DNA of 63,923 bases, counting the filler, from Platydemus manokwari (taxonomy: Eukaryota), in NCBI GenBank assembly GCA_037951405.1. It is 6 parts of 6 records of this genome, joined end to end, with 100 filler letters (N's around TTAATTAATTAA, not from the genome) between each part and the next. Parts side by side here need not be neighbours in the genome. Positions count along the whole stretch, not along the records: positions 9,622 to 18,972 come from JBBMOY011260541.1; positions 19,073 to 27,968 come from JBBMOY011332983.1; 4 more parts are not named here. One strand, written 5' to 3'. The notes under the pieces are model-generated. The model was not told where the DNA came from, ran no database searches, and worked only from the letters and a program-made list of their open reading frames with translations. The position numbers were made by a program, and so were the translations under genes. Shown here piece after piece: positions 13,385-26,050 of this stretch; within the stretch, counting starts at the first letter, position 1; every line of letters starts with the position of its first letter.

Positions 13385-15683
13385 TAATGGATTTTGATTA
13401 TGAAATATATGTGCTCCGTTTTAAATTATATTTTTCAATGAAGGATTTCGTTTAAGAATTCTATTATTTTTTGTCACTTTGACAAATTCCAAATGTGAAA
13501 ATGTTTGTTTACGACAGAAGCCATATTTTTAATAAATTTATATCTGGGTTCGAATTGCTTTTTAAAAGTCCTATAAAAATGTTTTTGGTGTATCTAGCTT
13601 TTATTCTATGATGTTTATAATTACGTCATAAATAATTGATTTTGATTGCCGAAATTCTATGTTGATTTTCCAAAGTCGATAAACAAAGAACTCGTATAAA
13701 CTAAAGAGACATGATAATGGACAGCTGTCACGGTAACGTGATTGTTCATTATTAATTAGATATTACATTATTTCTTGTTAGTATAGTACAATTTCCTACG
13801 CATAAACATATGCATTTATTAATTCGTTGTAACGAAAATTTAGCTTAATTTCTGCTTATTGATACAAATGAAACATGATATTATTTCTATCAAATATGTG
13901 CTACAGATTACTGTTTATTGCTTTAAGATTTGGTAACGAAAAGTTAAAATAAACGATCCAGTTGCTTCACTGAGAACTAATTAATCAATTTTGGGTGTTG
14001 AGGTCATGGGAAGACTATCTATTCAGATAGTGTTGGATCAACAGATTATTCATTACGAAGCATTGGACCAATTAAAGAAAATATATCCAAATAAATATAT
14101 TCAAAGATGCAGATATTGCTATTAAATACAAATTTACAGTCTTATATAAGAATACATCATCATCGGTATAACTAAATTCATAATAATTCCAAATCTACAA
14201 TTTTATATTAAATCCCGTTTTTTCAAGCTATTATTGATTCTAAAAAGACACATTTTAAAATGAAAAAAATACAAAATATTTTAATTAAAGCTGTAAAACC
14301 TAGTAAATTCAATAAAATTAGAATTAAGAACTTATAACAACAATAACTATTAAGTTATTCTTTGATTTTATGGCAGTCTTAGTCATAAATGTGATTGATG
14401 ACAGTTTGACTAATTTCTTTAAAACAATTAACAATTTTTGTTGATTAATTTTTAAATTTTTTCCTACATTTGTAAAATGCTAAAGAATACTATGTAGCAT
14501 GGTTAAAATGTAATATTTATTATAAATATATATCTGTAAGAATGACTGACAATTTATTGCTATAAAATTTTTAATATTGTATTGAAAATAAGAGAGAATA
14601 AAAATAAATAGCAACCAATGAAACTGACACTCAGTTAACGTTTAAAAATTCTATAAATAGATCTAAAATCAGTCTAATTTACACTTACAGTTACTGATAG
14701 AAACTTTAGATAATAAGTATGAGTTAAATATATGCGATAACTATTATTTTTGAACAATCCATTTCAATTTATTATTGCTTTAGGTGATCAAACTTATTCG
14801 ATTTATTTATGAGGAATACACTTCTTTTTATTCTCACAACATATTTGCAATTCATATATAAAGTGGTCAACATACCCGGATCAATAGCTTTATTCTTTAT
14901 TTCATCATTCAATTTAGTTTAAAAGCTTTATTATATGTGCATATGTAATAATGTGTTTATTAATTAAATTCATCGACGAAAATCATGAAAGATTTGAAAT
15001 TAGTCATAATTAATTTAGTTATTTCATTTGAACACCGGTCACTTAACAGCAATATCCGAACTTCACGTTCATAGAATTAATCTTGTTGAGTTATACTAGA
15101 AATATAATTCCTGCAATAGTCTTCATACTATTTTACAGAAGTCTCAACAGCACCAATTATAATAATTGACATTTTCAGTGTAACTGATTATAAGGCATCA
15201 ACATCTTTTCGAAAATTCCCTTTCATTTTTAATTTAAATTTGTAATATAATGTGAACAATAGTGTGTAACTTTGACTAAATAAACAATTGATACTTTACA
15301 AGTTAGTAATACAGGGAATATTAACAATTTGTTAACACTATTGAAAATGTCAATTATTATAACTGGTTCTGTTGAGACTTCTGTAAAATTTATTAATTTA
15401 AATTTAATTTGTACTTTAAATCTAATATTTTAAATTTGATAATTTACTTATTTAGTTTTATTTAAGAATTTTTTATTATTAGTTTTTTAAAATAAATATT
15501 ATACATAGGTAATATGGCTGTTATAATTGATTAAAAATAAATTTTTCTTTTCACTAGGAAATATTAAATTATTAAATATAAAGGTGTTGTTTAAATATTA
15601 TTAATTTTTTGATTGTTCAATATCCATTTTTATTTTTAAAATTAAAAAATTTTTTTTTCATATTTTAAAATGTTTTTTGTTAG

Positions 15684-18600
15684 GATTTTGGAAGCTCTAT
15701 GTTTTATTCGAGACAAGACAGAAATTATGCATTGCCTAATATTTCATTATCGATGACTTGTCACGATGAACCCTTGTCTGAAGTTCAATTTAAGTCATAT
15801 AAAACAAGATTACAGTAATTTACAATTTTTTAAACAATCTATTAGTACTATAAATAGGGAATATAAAAATTATCTCGATAGCGTTAATCGTTTAGCTAAC
15901 TGCGTTAATGTTTGTATAACTGAGGAACCAGTTTCAATTGGTGAAACTGGTCTATTGACTGGTGAAGCCTTAAATGCTCTTCAGCATGCTGGGTCGATTT
16001 CAGTTTATAATTTTTTCCAACAACATAATTGGGAATACCCTTCTAATCCAGGTGGACAAGCTTATTTTCAATTATATTCAAAATTAATATCGTGATTAAA
16101 TTAGAAGGTGAAATGGCAGTCGTAAGACCACATAACCCAGTTGCAGACGAATTTCTTGATTCTGAACAACCAATTAGACCCGATTGGCCTTCTGTTCATT
16201 TAACAAAATGTTTTGTTGACCAGGATAAAGCAAAGCTGCATGGATCAGCATTGCCTCTTCGTAATTATTTGCCTCCAACAATTTCGTTTAGAAATGCGGC
16301 TGATGTTGATGATGCTATTGAACCTGATCCAAGGCCATCGAAACAAATGTTGTCACAAGAAGGTTGTGAAATTTTTTAAAAGCATCATGATATGTAATTA
16401 TTAATTAAAGGTGATTTTGAAATTGTTTCAACTGAACAAGGAATTATGGTTCAAAAATATGTCAAAGAAGGGAAAGAAGGTATTATTTTTATTACGCTAT
16501 GCACAATGTTTTAAATTTGCGATTTTCGTAATATAGATGATGATAGTAGTGTAATCTTAACAAGTTTCGTAATTATTTATTGTAATTTTAGCGTTGGTTT
16601 ATTATGTGTGTGTTACGTTTGGTTTTCTTAAAAAGCATTAATATAATACCTAAAGGATTTTAAACAATTTAATGTTCAGCTCAATTGATGCCGCTTTATG
16701 ATTATTATTATGGCCGAATTGAAGGCCGACAGTTTAATCCTGTCAATAAAGGCGAATATCGATTCTCATGTGCAGCTTGTCAAATAACATTATATTCAAA
16801 CGTATCAGCCATTGAACATATTTTATCACACACTGATGATAGATTTATGAAACTGTTCAAAACATCTGATATCATCCAATGTCAGACTTGTGGGAAAATG
16901 TTGGGAAATGCTTTTGAACTCAGAAATCACATGGAAGCGGTAATGATCATTATTGTTGATTTTCCTTTGAAAGTTTTTCAATCAAATAATTAAACTTTTT
17001 GTTTTAATCGATAAAAATCAATATAATCATCAAATATAGTGTAGATATCCTTCTCATCTATAAATGGTTTATGTTATTTTACTTTGTATTAATATTATTA
17101 TTATCTGGAACAGTAGCTTTATTTATTTACACTTTCACCTCATGATCTGTCATCAAATCTTCCCATTTAAAGCGTGTGCCAAATTTCAATTCTATTAGGT
17201 TGTTGCAAAAGTTCAGGCCTTTTGAAAATATTTATTTTCAAAGAATTTTAACAGCATAGTTAATAACACTTCAATCAATTATGTATACTCCTTCATTTTT
17301 CACTACTTCTTCCTATCTTCCCGCCAGTTTGTTGATTTCATTTCGCCAGAAATCCTTAGATCGAGTCTCGAAGAAGTTGGTGAGCCAATACTCACGATGA
17401 TCCAGATTTTCCAAGCTAAGATCCCTCATTTCACTTGTAAGGCAGTGGAAGAGATGGTAATCCTTCGGGGTGAGGCCTGGGGAATAGGGAGGGTGTTAAA
17501 GGACCTTCTATCTGTGCTCTTGGAATGTCATCTTGACAGTTTTTGCGGTGTGTGGTGAAGCATTGTTATGATGGTGGATCACCTGGCCTCGTCGATCTGG
17601 TCTTTTTTGCTGAATTGTCTCATTGACTCGATGCAATTGGGCTTTATAGAGATTCTTCTCTTCTGTCATGTTCTTTCCAAACATTTGACAGTGGATCAGA
17701 TCTTCCCAATCCTACCATATGCAAATCATTGTCTTTCTTGGTTCTGGGCTTAGGCTTCTCTTCAAGACTCATCCAGTCTTTTCTTTGCTTCATTTTCACA
17801 TACAGAAACCATTTCTCGTCTCTAATGATGATTCTGTATAAGAATTAAGTGAGGATCATTTTCTCATATATCAGCTTTACCCTTGTACCCCTCGCCACCC
17901 TCACCAATCACATAATATTGCTCTATCCATGAATAAATGTATAATCAGATGCTCATAAATATTAATATTAAACATCATATTTCATCTAGGAACATATGTC
18001 AGTGATTGGTCCTGATGGTGAACAGCGTGTATTTATTGATACAAATAATGGCAATATTATCTGTACAATATCATGCCGTATTTGTGAAAAAACCTGTGAC
18101 AGCAATTTTGCATTGGCATATCATTTACAGAATTCTCATCGTGAAAATGAAATGCCATATCGTTGTGGCATTTGCAATTTCCACACCTCTCTATATCAGG
18201 ACGTTATTGGCCATTTTAAAAAGGCTCATTGCGATACCAATGAATTGATCTGTCCATATTGTTTGAGAATTTTCATGATCAATGATGCTATACCGATGAA
18301 TGCCAATGAACCGCCCGGAATCGTATCTGGTGTTGGACAAACGAGCTTATTTTTACAGCATTTAAAAACCCATAAGGATTTATTATTCAAACATTGTACT
18401 GGATGTACTTTGAATTTCATTAATAAAACGGATTTCGAACTCCATCGACGATTGGATCATAAAAGTCAAGTAATTAAAACCGAATCTTATCCCGATTATA
18501 AAACACCATTCTTGGCTTTGGAATCGGCATCTGAACCGAGAAATGAATCAACAGATGATGTAAGATATTTTATATATATAGATAATTGTTTTCATTGATA

Positions 18601-18780
18601 ATATTTATATATTAATTATTAGAATGTATTAACAAATATCACCAGTGCTCCACAAATTAAACGTATGAATGCACCAGAACCATCAAGGGTTAAAGATTTA
18701 TCCAATCTGATTGTACCAGAAGAATTGGAAATTTTAATGTGTATTGAATGTGGAGATAGTTTAAATTTGGATAAACACAA
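15684..18780 (+). CDS. POGZ/ZNF280/row-family C2H2 zinc-finger gene (multi-exon, 3'-truncated by contig end)
   Basis: Inferred exons about 15684-15814, 15846-16051, 16105-16362, 16411-16479, (16537-~16568 uncertain), 16680-16939, 17990-18559, 18623-18780, with GT-AG junctions that keep frame. Family motifs: N-terminal LSMTCHDEPLSEVQ (cf. LFMECEEEELEPWQ), LYDYYYGRIEG, CRICE...H..SH..NEMPYRCGICNFHTSLYQDV..HF...H.DT.ELICPYCL, and a later CIECG. Confidence 0.85.
17193..17875 (-). mobile_element. Degenerate mariner transposon (3' half), antisense in the zinc-finger gene intron
   Basis: TA-TTAGGTTGTTGCAAAAGTTC TIR at 17193. Minus-strand remnants RDEKWFLYV, HHNNASPHTAK and HPPYSPGLTPKDYHLF are the mariner GDEKW / HDNA / YSPDLAP.DY motifs, with stops. 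Confidence 0.88.
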
Positions 18781-18789
18781 GTAAGAATA

Positions 18790-18972
18790 ATCAATATATT
18801 ATAATAATGATGGTGATAATAATAATAATAAAATAATGATAATGATAATATAATCATATTAATGATGATAATAATATAATAACAATATATGATAATAATA
18901 TATGAATATTAATGATGATAATAATGATGGTGATAATAATAATAATATTATAATAATGATGGTGATAATAAT
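18790..18972. repeat. Degenerate (AAT/GAT)n microsatellite at contig end
   Basis: Runs of AATAAT/GATAAT with a repeated AATAATGATGGTGATAATAAT unit. Confidence 0.85.
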
Positions 18973-19072
18973 NNNNNNNNNNNNNNNNNNNNNNNNNNNN
19001 NNNNNNNNNNNNNNNNTTAATTAATTAANNNNNNNNNNNNNNNNNNNNNNNNNNNNNNNNNNNNNNNNNNNN
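18973..19072. other. Artificial contig spacer
   Basis: Same 100-bp N/TTAATTAATTAA/N spacer. Confidence 0.97.
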
Positions 19073-20449
19073 AAAGTAAATCGTTATAAATGTTATAAAA
19101 ATATCAACTTCCAGGAAAATATATAGTTTGACTTGTTTAATGATATATTTATGTGACTACGCAAAAATATTTAACAATAAAGTTGTTTTAACTTGTTAAA
19201 TTAAATATTTATTATAATTTAGCATTTCAAACGTTAAGTAAGTTGATTTATTCGGAATTATTTTTTTATTAAAAATATAATTTTTTAATTCTTTAATAAT
19301 TGAAATGTAAAAAATTGGAAAAAAAATATTTTTAGATTTATATTTTGTCGTGATATTGAAATTTTTGCACAATTAAAAATTCATAATATTCAATTAATTG
19401 AATTTATGTAAATTTTATTATCTAGAAAATTCGTTATTTAATAATTCTATGTTTAATGATTTAAATTTATTTGTGATATGGTAAAATTCTGGAGAAAAGA
19501 AGGGTTATATTTATTATTGTAGTTTGGTTTTTCCAAAAATGTTACTATTTTTAGAAACACTATATTTAGTGGAGATTCTATTTGCTGATCAGATTATATT
19601 TGTTGATTTTTGCTGATATTTTTTTTCAAAAATTCAGAGTTTAATTATATTGATTTGTATTTCATAAAAATTTCATGCTGATTTTTGAAAATATGTTAAT
19701 TGATACTACAAATTTTATTTTATTATGCTTTATTAATTTAATAAAATGTTCAATCAGTTGTTAATAATGTTAATAACTATTTATTCAATAAAAATTGGAT
19801 TTTCTGATGACTTTGACAAGATGAGATTCCAAACACGAATATTACCAGAATAATTAATGGTACATTTCCGTAGATAGGCTTAGATATAACATGAAAATTT
19901 TTTACTGTTCGATATCATGGATTCAAATAATCATTCATAACTTAAATCGGTGGAATATGAAGAGTTGGGCTAATTCAAATCCAGTTAATGTGATTTCACA
20001 ATCGAAAATGCATTTAAAATTTAATTATAGTAATTATTAGTAATAGATTATTATAGATTATTGGTAATTTATATCACTGGATTTTTGAAATTTTGACATT
20101 TATAATGTCACGTTATCAAATACAGTCAATTAAATTTGTTTGGCTAGATGAATTACAGTTAACGAACAACATGCCTAGATGATTAGTCAATTCTAACTTT
20201 ACTGGTGGCAAAAAACTCATTCCTACATGTTGATGAATCTAAAATATTGTCACTGCGTGTATTATTATATTCTAATGAATTTAATAATATTGATATTTTC
20301 AATATTTCTAGTTTAGATTTGATTTTGGTGGGCATGTGTGTGTCCACCAGAGCTAACATCAGAGTTCGGATTAATCATTAAAGTGCTTGGTTATCGGGTT
20401 TTATGTAGCTAAACTATTATGTTTCATGTTTCATATATTGATCCACAAC

Positions 20450-23400
20450 ATCCCATGGATCAATTCGGTTTTTAATTGGAGGTGCATTGTAATTACACTA
20501 TGTATCGTTTGAGGATTCTAGAGCATTTTAGCTTTAGATGGTATGCACTACTGTCTGCAATGTCAGTACCTTTAAAGGTAGTGTGGATTATTGGCTTTGC
20601 CTCTGCAATGTCAAAGACTTGAACGGCAATGCCTGATGAGAGTGCCATCACTACTTTTTTTCTGGTACAGACAGTACACCCGTATAACGCACAAAATTGT
20701 TTGATCTAACACATCATACGTGTTTATCAGCATGCTAGTCTAATAGCATTGCCAAAGCCGAGTAGTGTCGAATATTGAAAAATCGACTGATGTTTGAAAT
20801 ATTTATATGACTTTCCTCTGCTATGCCAACGGTTCGAATGGGGGCAAGATTCTTTGGAGAAGGAACCGCCCCTACGGTGGCTTAGATTGGGATTGCTAAT
20901 TCCAAAATTATTTTTTATTTCAGAGGATCTAGTTGAGCTATCGACATGACAATGATATAAATATATCAAGTCGATTTTACAATTAGACACCATGTAATTA
21001 GAAATACTTTCACATTTGATTAGTTAATGAACTGCCTCATTGACATTTATTAGATTTGGAGAATCGATTTATAAGTCTAAGACATTCATTATGTATCTTG
21101 ACTTGTAATGGTATCAATAAAGTCATCACTGGCAGCGTACTTTCCAAGGATCTAAAGCATAAGACCACGCGAAACACTCGGCAATCGAAGTAGGCAGTCT
21201 TAACTATATATATCGTGTATAACTATATATATAACTGTGTATATCGTCCACCTAAAACCTCATTCAATAGTGTATTGTATATTTGTTAAAATCTGAACAT
21301 TTTAATTTTGAGATTTTGTCTCAGATTCTTGTGAGGCTTTTCAAGCTGAGCTGTCGACCTCCGCCATACCTTGGTTGCTGGAAACTGTAAAATTGAGAAC
21401 AATGTACACCAAGACCAAGGTGTTGAAAACTGAGTTAAACACTAGTTAAAGATTACAATTAAAGAACCTCAATCTTTAACTAGTGTTCCTTCTTTTTGTT
21501 CATAACTCAGTTTTCGACACCTTGGTCTTGGTGTACGTTGTTCTCAACTTTACAGTTTTCAGCAACCAAGATATGGCGGAGGTCGGCCGCTCAGCTTGAA
21601 AAGCCTCACAAGAATCTGAGACAAGATCTCAAAAATAAAATGTTCAGATTTTAACAAATATTTCTGGATTCCATCATCTGGTTTGACATTTTCAGATTTT
21701 TATAGATTGTTCCATCTTTCCGAATTAGAGCAAGAATGGCAGTGCCAAGGACATTTATTGTAAATGGTTGAATAACATCAACGAATCTCTCAATATCGGA
21801 GAGTGGCATATCCTTGCTATAGTTATATGTGAAGCTAAGTAACACGATATTATTAAAAATCCCTGATTCAAATGAAAATAACGACATATACTTCATGACA
21901 CATCTTTAACCTGCGTAAGCCTGTATTTCAACAACTTAGCTTGGATATCTATCGGCAGAAGAGACAAGTCATCGTTAGTAAAATTGGTCGTTGGGTTAAA
22001 GAAATAGTACTCTGAGTTGGACAAATCAACTATAAGGAGTTAAATGATATAATTCAATTTTTATCCGTGGAATCAGATAAAAGATGTCGTAATTATGGGA
22101 TCAATTGTGATCTCTCTGTAACCGCAAAGAGTTGGAGAAGGTAATAATCTCTTTATATAACATTTTTCTTTTGGAGTCACTTAATTCGGTCAACAGATTA
22201 AGAATTCATAAATCTGGTCGAAAGAAGCATTCGATAATTGGGATGAGAGCCTATTGTTTAAAACACTGATACGATGCTCATGAATTTACTGATTGTAGAA
22301 TTAGATTTTAAATATTCACAATATAAGATTCAGAATAGAGATTGATCGCTGGAGGATGTTGTGGAATTCTTATAATTAAATTCCTATTCATCACATTATT
22401 AATCACAAATTTACAGGAAAATTTGATGTTAATAAAGTAATGAAGCTGCACAAAAATTTCGTGCCAAATCCACATTCCTCAGTAATGGATTTGTTATCAG
22501 AGTTTTATTTAAAATCATGGCATTCAATAATCCCCGAACCATAATCTAGTAAAACGTTTTCGGTTCGAAATAATGTCTAAATAATCGATGTTAAAATCAT
22601 CTCATAACGTCATCGGGGTTTTGATATTGACAAATTCATAACTAGACTTCTGATAATCAAAGTAGTTGGAAATTTTTTTAATTTTTCGCAACGAAGCATT
22701 CTTGTCTAAAGGACTAAGATCTTTGGAAATCTGTTAAAATCGACATAATTATCCTAAAATCTTATTTTAAATGGTTTACCACGAATAATAATGTGATTGC
22801 ACAGTACCATAGAATCCAGAGATAAATGCATCTGGAAGGATTTAGTTTGGGAATTATTCGGACCAAGCTGTTCTTTCCTCGGATCTTGTGAAAACGCACA
22901 TAATTCCACTGCCAATTTCCCCTATTGATTGGAACGAATAGCTTCATCTTATCCTGATGATGTAATCAGATATTGTACAATAATGGAGTTCCATTCAAAA
23001 TTTCAGATATTATAAGTGGCTGAATGAAATCAGTACTTGAGATTCGTAGTACGTATGCAATATTTACGTCCTTGAACCCAGCTAATTATCAGAAAAATAG
23101 AATAGACTCTGATCTCGAAATATTCAATCTACATTGTAAACATAATAGGAAGGGTCGAGATCGTAGCATACACAGCACTCATAGATAGAAAGAATTTCTT
23201 GAAAAACCTTTTTAGTCCTTTAGATTGAAGTCTTCTAATCAACGTAGTCCTATTAAATTCATCCTCTATTGATTGGGAGCATTGATGCAAGACGTCATCA
23301 CTATATAAAAGACTGCTAACTCGAATTTTACCAATATCTCCATTGGATGACGAGGTTAGTTATTTATAGGTAGATTGTTTTATGGTATTCTGCACAGATT

Positions 23401-24130
23401 TAAGGTCCATATACAATTGTTTGAGCTCTGGATTTGATTTAATTATCTCACTAGTACATTATTGTTCAACCATTTGCATTGATCTACTTTTAAGATCGTC
23501 ACGCTTCGACAGGTAATCCACAATAAAACTATGTAACACTGGTCAATACCATTTTCACAAAAGCATATTCAACCAGCATAAGAAGTCTTTATCAAATATT
23601 ATTACTTGTTTCTTTCAATGGTGCCATTAGTCCAAGAACCATCAATACATTTAAGGGAATCTTTATCAAAGATAGAGATTTAAATTTTGAGCTATTAAAA
23701 GAACAACAGGATTTTCTAGAATATTTCTTGTCCAGTTGAATTTAAAATATTCCTGAAAATTAATAGTGTTGTTATTATGGAACGTTTCAAAGTCTGATAT
23801 CAGTTTCAGCTAACTTATACATTGGTGATTATGATTCATGGAGATCCACAACACGGGTTTTTGCATCTGAGTTTTAGATTTAAGTAAGAATTAATCTTTG
23901 ATGAAATCTGAATCAGATTTCAACTGATCCAAAATCATTTTCGTTTCAAAATCACTTCTGTTGAAGACAACAGGAAAGATTGGTCGTATAAAGATAGAGT
24001 CATAGATATTCATGAATCTGGCCAATTCGGAGAAGATCTAAGGAAAATGAATACCACAGTTAATAAAACCGCTCGAGAAAAACAGTGAAAATTTCCAAAA
24101 GGATAATCAACCACAATTTTCCATTGGATA
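20450..24130 (-). mobile_element. Decayed large element with a Pif1-like helicase remnant (Helitron/Helentron-like?)
   Basis: Minus-strand broken coding sequence. Near 20570-20750: degenerate Walker A region, then YQKKVVMALSSGIAVQVFDIAEAKPIIHTTFK, resembling Pif1/Helitron motif Ia-Ib (VASSGIAA...G.T.HS.FK). Termini not found. Confidence 0.45.
21279..21661. mobile_element. Fold-back / MITE-like long inverted repeat
   Basis: ~158-bp arms (21279-21436 vs 21503-21661) that are near-perfect reverse complements, plus a nested 17-bp IR AACACTAGTTAAAGATT / AATCTTTAACTAGTGTT (21438-21487). Confidence 0.9.
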
Positions 24131-24651
24131 TGACCAAAATAACAAAATGGATGAAATTAATATAGCTTAAATGTATTTCAATTTGTTTTTTCTCTTGGAA
24201 AAATGTTTATAAATACAACAATTATTATTATTATTATTTATGATATTTAATATCAAAATAAAATAATGAAATTGTAGTTGTGATGGAGTTTTAAATTTAA
24301 CGAATAATATTTTAAATAATTGATGACATTTTTCTAATGAATTACATACCAATCACATTATATGAGAATACTGACATATAATCCTTGAATTTTATTTTCA
24401 AATCATTGCCACAACAATAATTTTAAAACCGACACAAATAGAGCTATGACTTGAAAATCAAAAACTCAGATTTAATTTCCAATGAGTACACATTTCGACT
24501 CAAGTTCTTATCAACATTATCTTGCCAAACAATATTGATGTACTACTATTATATAGAAATTACGATATCTTTGGAAAAAAAGTATTTGGTCTAATTTTGA
24601 ATTTTATAACCATCTTTTTGAATTGAGTAACAATTCTATTTCTATTCAGGA

Positions 24652-26022
24652 ATGGCTTCATTCAATCTTACCGAAAATATTATAAACAATATCCGAAAAT
24701 ATTCAGAGAAAAAATACCCTTTCAAATTATCATCTAATTTAAAATGCTTGCGTTGTTCAAATATTCTCAAGAATGCCACACAGACCAGTTGTGGTTGTCG
24801 ATATTGTAAAGAATGCATTGACAGTTATATGGCTGAAGGTAAGCAAAACTGTATGGGACTCGATTGTGGAAAAATTGAATCCACCATAACTGATAATGCT
24901 GTCAACAAAGAAATCGGTAGAATAAAAGTCAAATGTCTGTATGACGGTTGTGACCATGAAGGTTTATTGAAAGATATCGGAATCCATTTGGAAGAATGTC
25001 AATTCCAAACAGTGGTTTGTTCTAAATGTAACGAGCAATTTTTAAAGAATAAATTCGATAATCACACAAAACATGAATGTAAAATGAGACAATTCCAATG
25101 TTCAGAATGTGGAGAAGTTATGGAATTTGGAAAATACAAAGAGATTCATTTGAATATCACCAAAGAGCAATTATGCTCAAGATATCAAGGACCTTGTCCA
25201 TACGATTGTGGAATGAAAGGTAATGTGTTTATTAAAGAACACAGAAAGATTTGTCCGAAACACCCATTTCCATGTCCATGTTCTGAAATTGGGTGTATAG
25301 AAATTGTAACAAAGGAAAATATTGATTCACATATGAACAAAGACAATGCCAAACATTCAGAATATTACTGTCGAGAAATAAAGAGACTCGAACAAGAAAA
25401 TATGACATTAAGCTCACTTTGTGAAAGTAATAATAGAGAAATTGATCAGTTGAAAAATGAACTCAAAAATTTGAAACGTGATTTCGACATTAGAATAACT
25501 AGCTTGGAACAATCATCGAAAGTTTCTTCAATATCATCGATCCCAATGAAACCCCAACAAGACAAAGTCACTTACAAAAATGGGGTTTATATTTGGAAAA
25601 TCGAAAAGTTTTCTCAACTAAGAGCTGCTGCAGAAAACGGAGACAAATTATCCGTCACAAGTGATCCATTTTATACGAAAGAATTTGGTTACAAAATGAG
25701 TATGAAAATTTATCCAGCAGGTGATGGTGTGGGTAAAGGATCTCATTTATCCGTTTTCTTTACCTTGATGAAAGGTGAATATGATGATTTGTTATCATGG
25801 CCTTTCAAAAATAAAGTAACTCTGACATTAATAGATCAAATCAACAAGACATCCGATCATTCTGATACATTCAAACCTGATCCTAGATCGACGTGTTATC
25901 AACAACCATATGATGAATATAACATTGCATCAGGAAGCCCAAAATTCATTAGTTTTACACAGATGTATGATACCTATATAAAAAACGATACAATATACTT
26001 GAAAATTCAAGTTTTGAATTGA
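24652..26022 (+). CDS. TRAF: TNF receptor-associated factor (TRAF2/3-like): RING, TRAF zinc fingers, coiled coil, MATH domain
   Basis: Intact 456-aa intronless ORF. RING CLRC...QTSCGCRYCKEC; TRAF zinc fingers; MATH motifs GVYIWKI, SDPFYT..FGYKM, GDGVGKGSHLSVFF.LMKGEYD.LL.WPF, NIASGSPKF. AATAAA directly after the stop. Confidence 0.97.
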   Translation: MASFNLTENIINNIRKYSEKKYPFKLSSNLKCLRCSNILKNATQTSCGCRYCKECIDSYMAEGKQNCMGLDCGKIESTITDNAVNKEIGRIKVKCLYDGCDHEGLLKDIGIHLEECQFQTVVCSKCNEQFLKNKFDNHTKHECKMRQFQCSECGEVMEFGKYKEIHLNITKEQLCSRYQGPCPYDCGMKGNVFIKEHRKICPKHPFPCPCSEIGCIEIVTKENIDSHMNKDNAKHSEYYCREIKRLEQENMTLSSLCESNNREIDQLKNELKNLKRDFDIRITSLEQSSKVSSISSIPMKPQQDKVTYKNGVYIWKIEKFSQLRAAAENGDKLSVTSDPFYTKEFGYKMSMKIYPAGDGVGKGSHLSVFFTLMKGEYDDLLSWPFKNKVTLTLIDQINKTSDHSDTFKPDPRSTCYQQPYDEYNIASGSPKFISFTQMYDTYIKNDTIYLKIQVLN

Positions 26023-26050
26023 ATAAAAATAAATTTGGTATTTTGTTTCG

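Noticed and set aside
18226-18420. Antisense ORFs overlapping real genes (also 24757, 25232, 29137, 53848, 63097)
   Set aside because: Shadow ORFs of sense-strand coding sequence.
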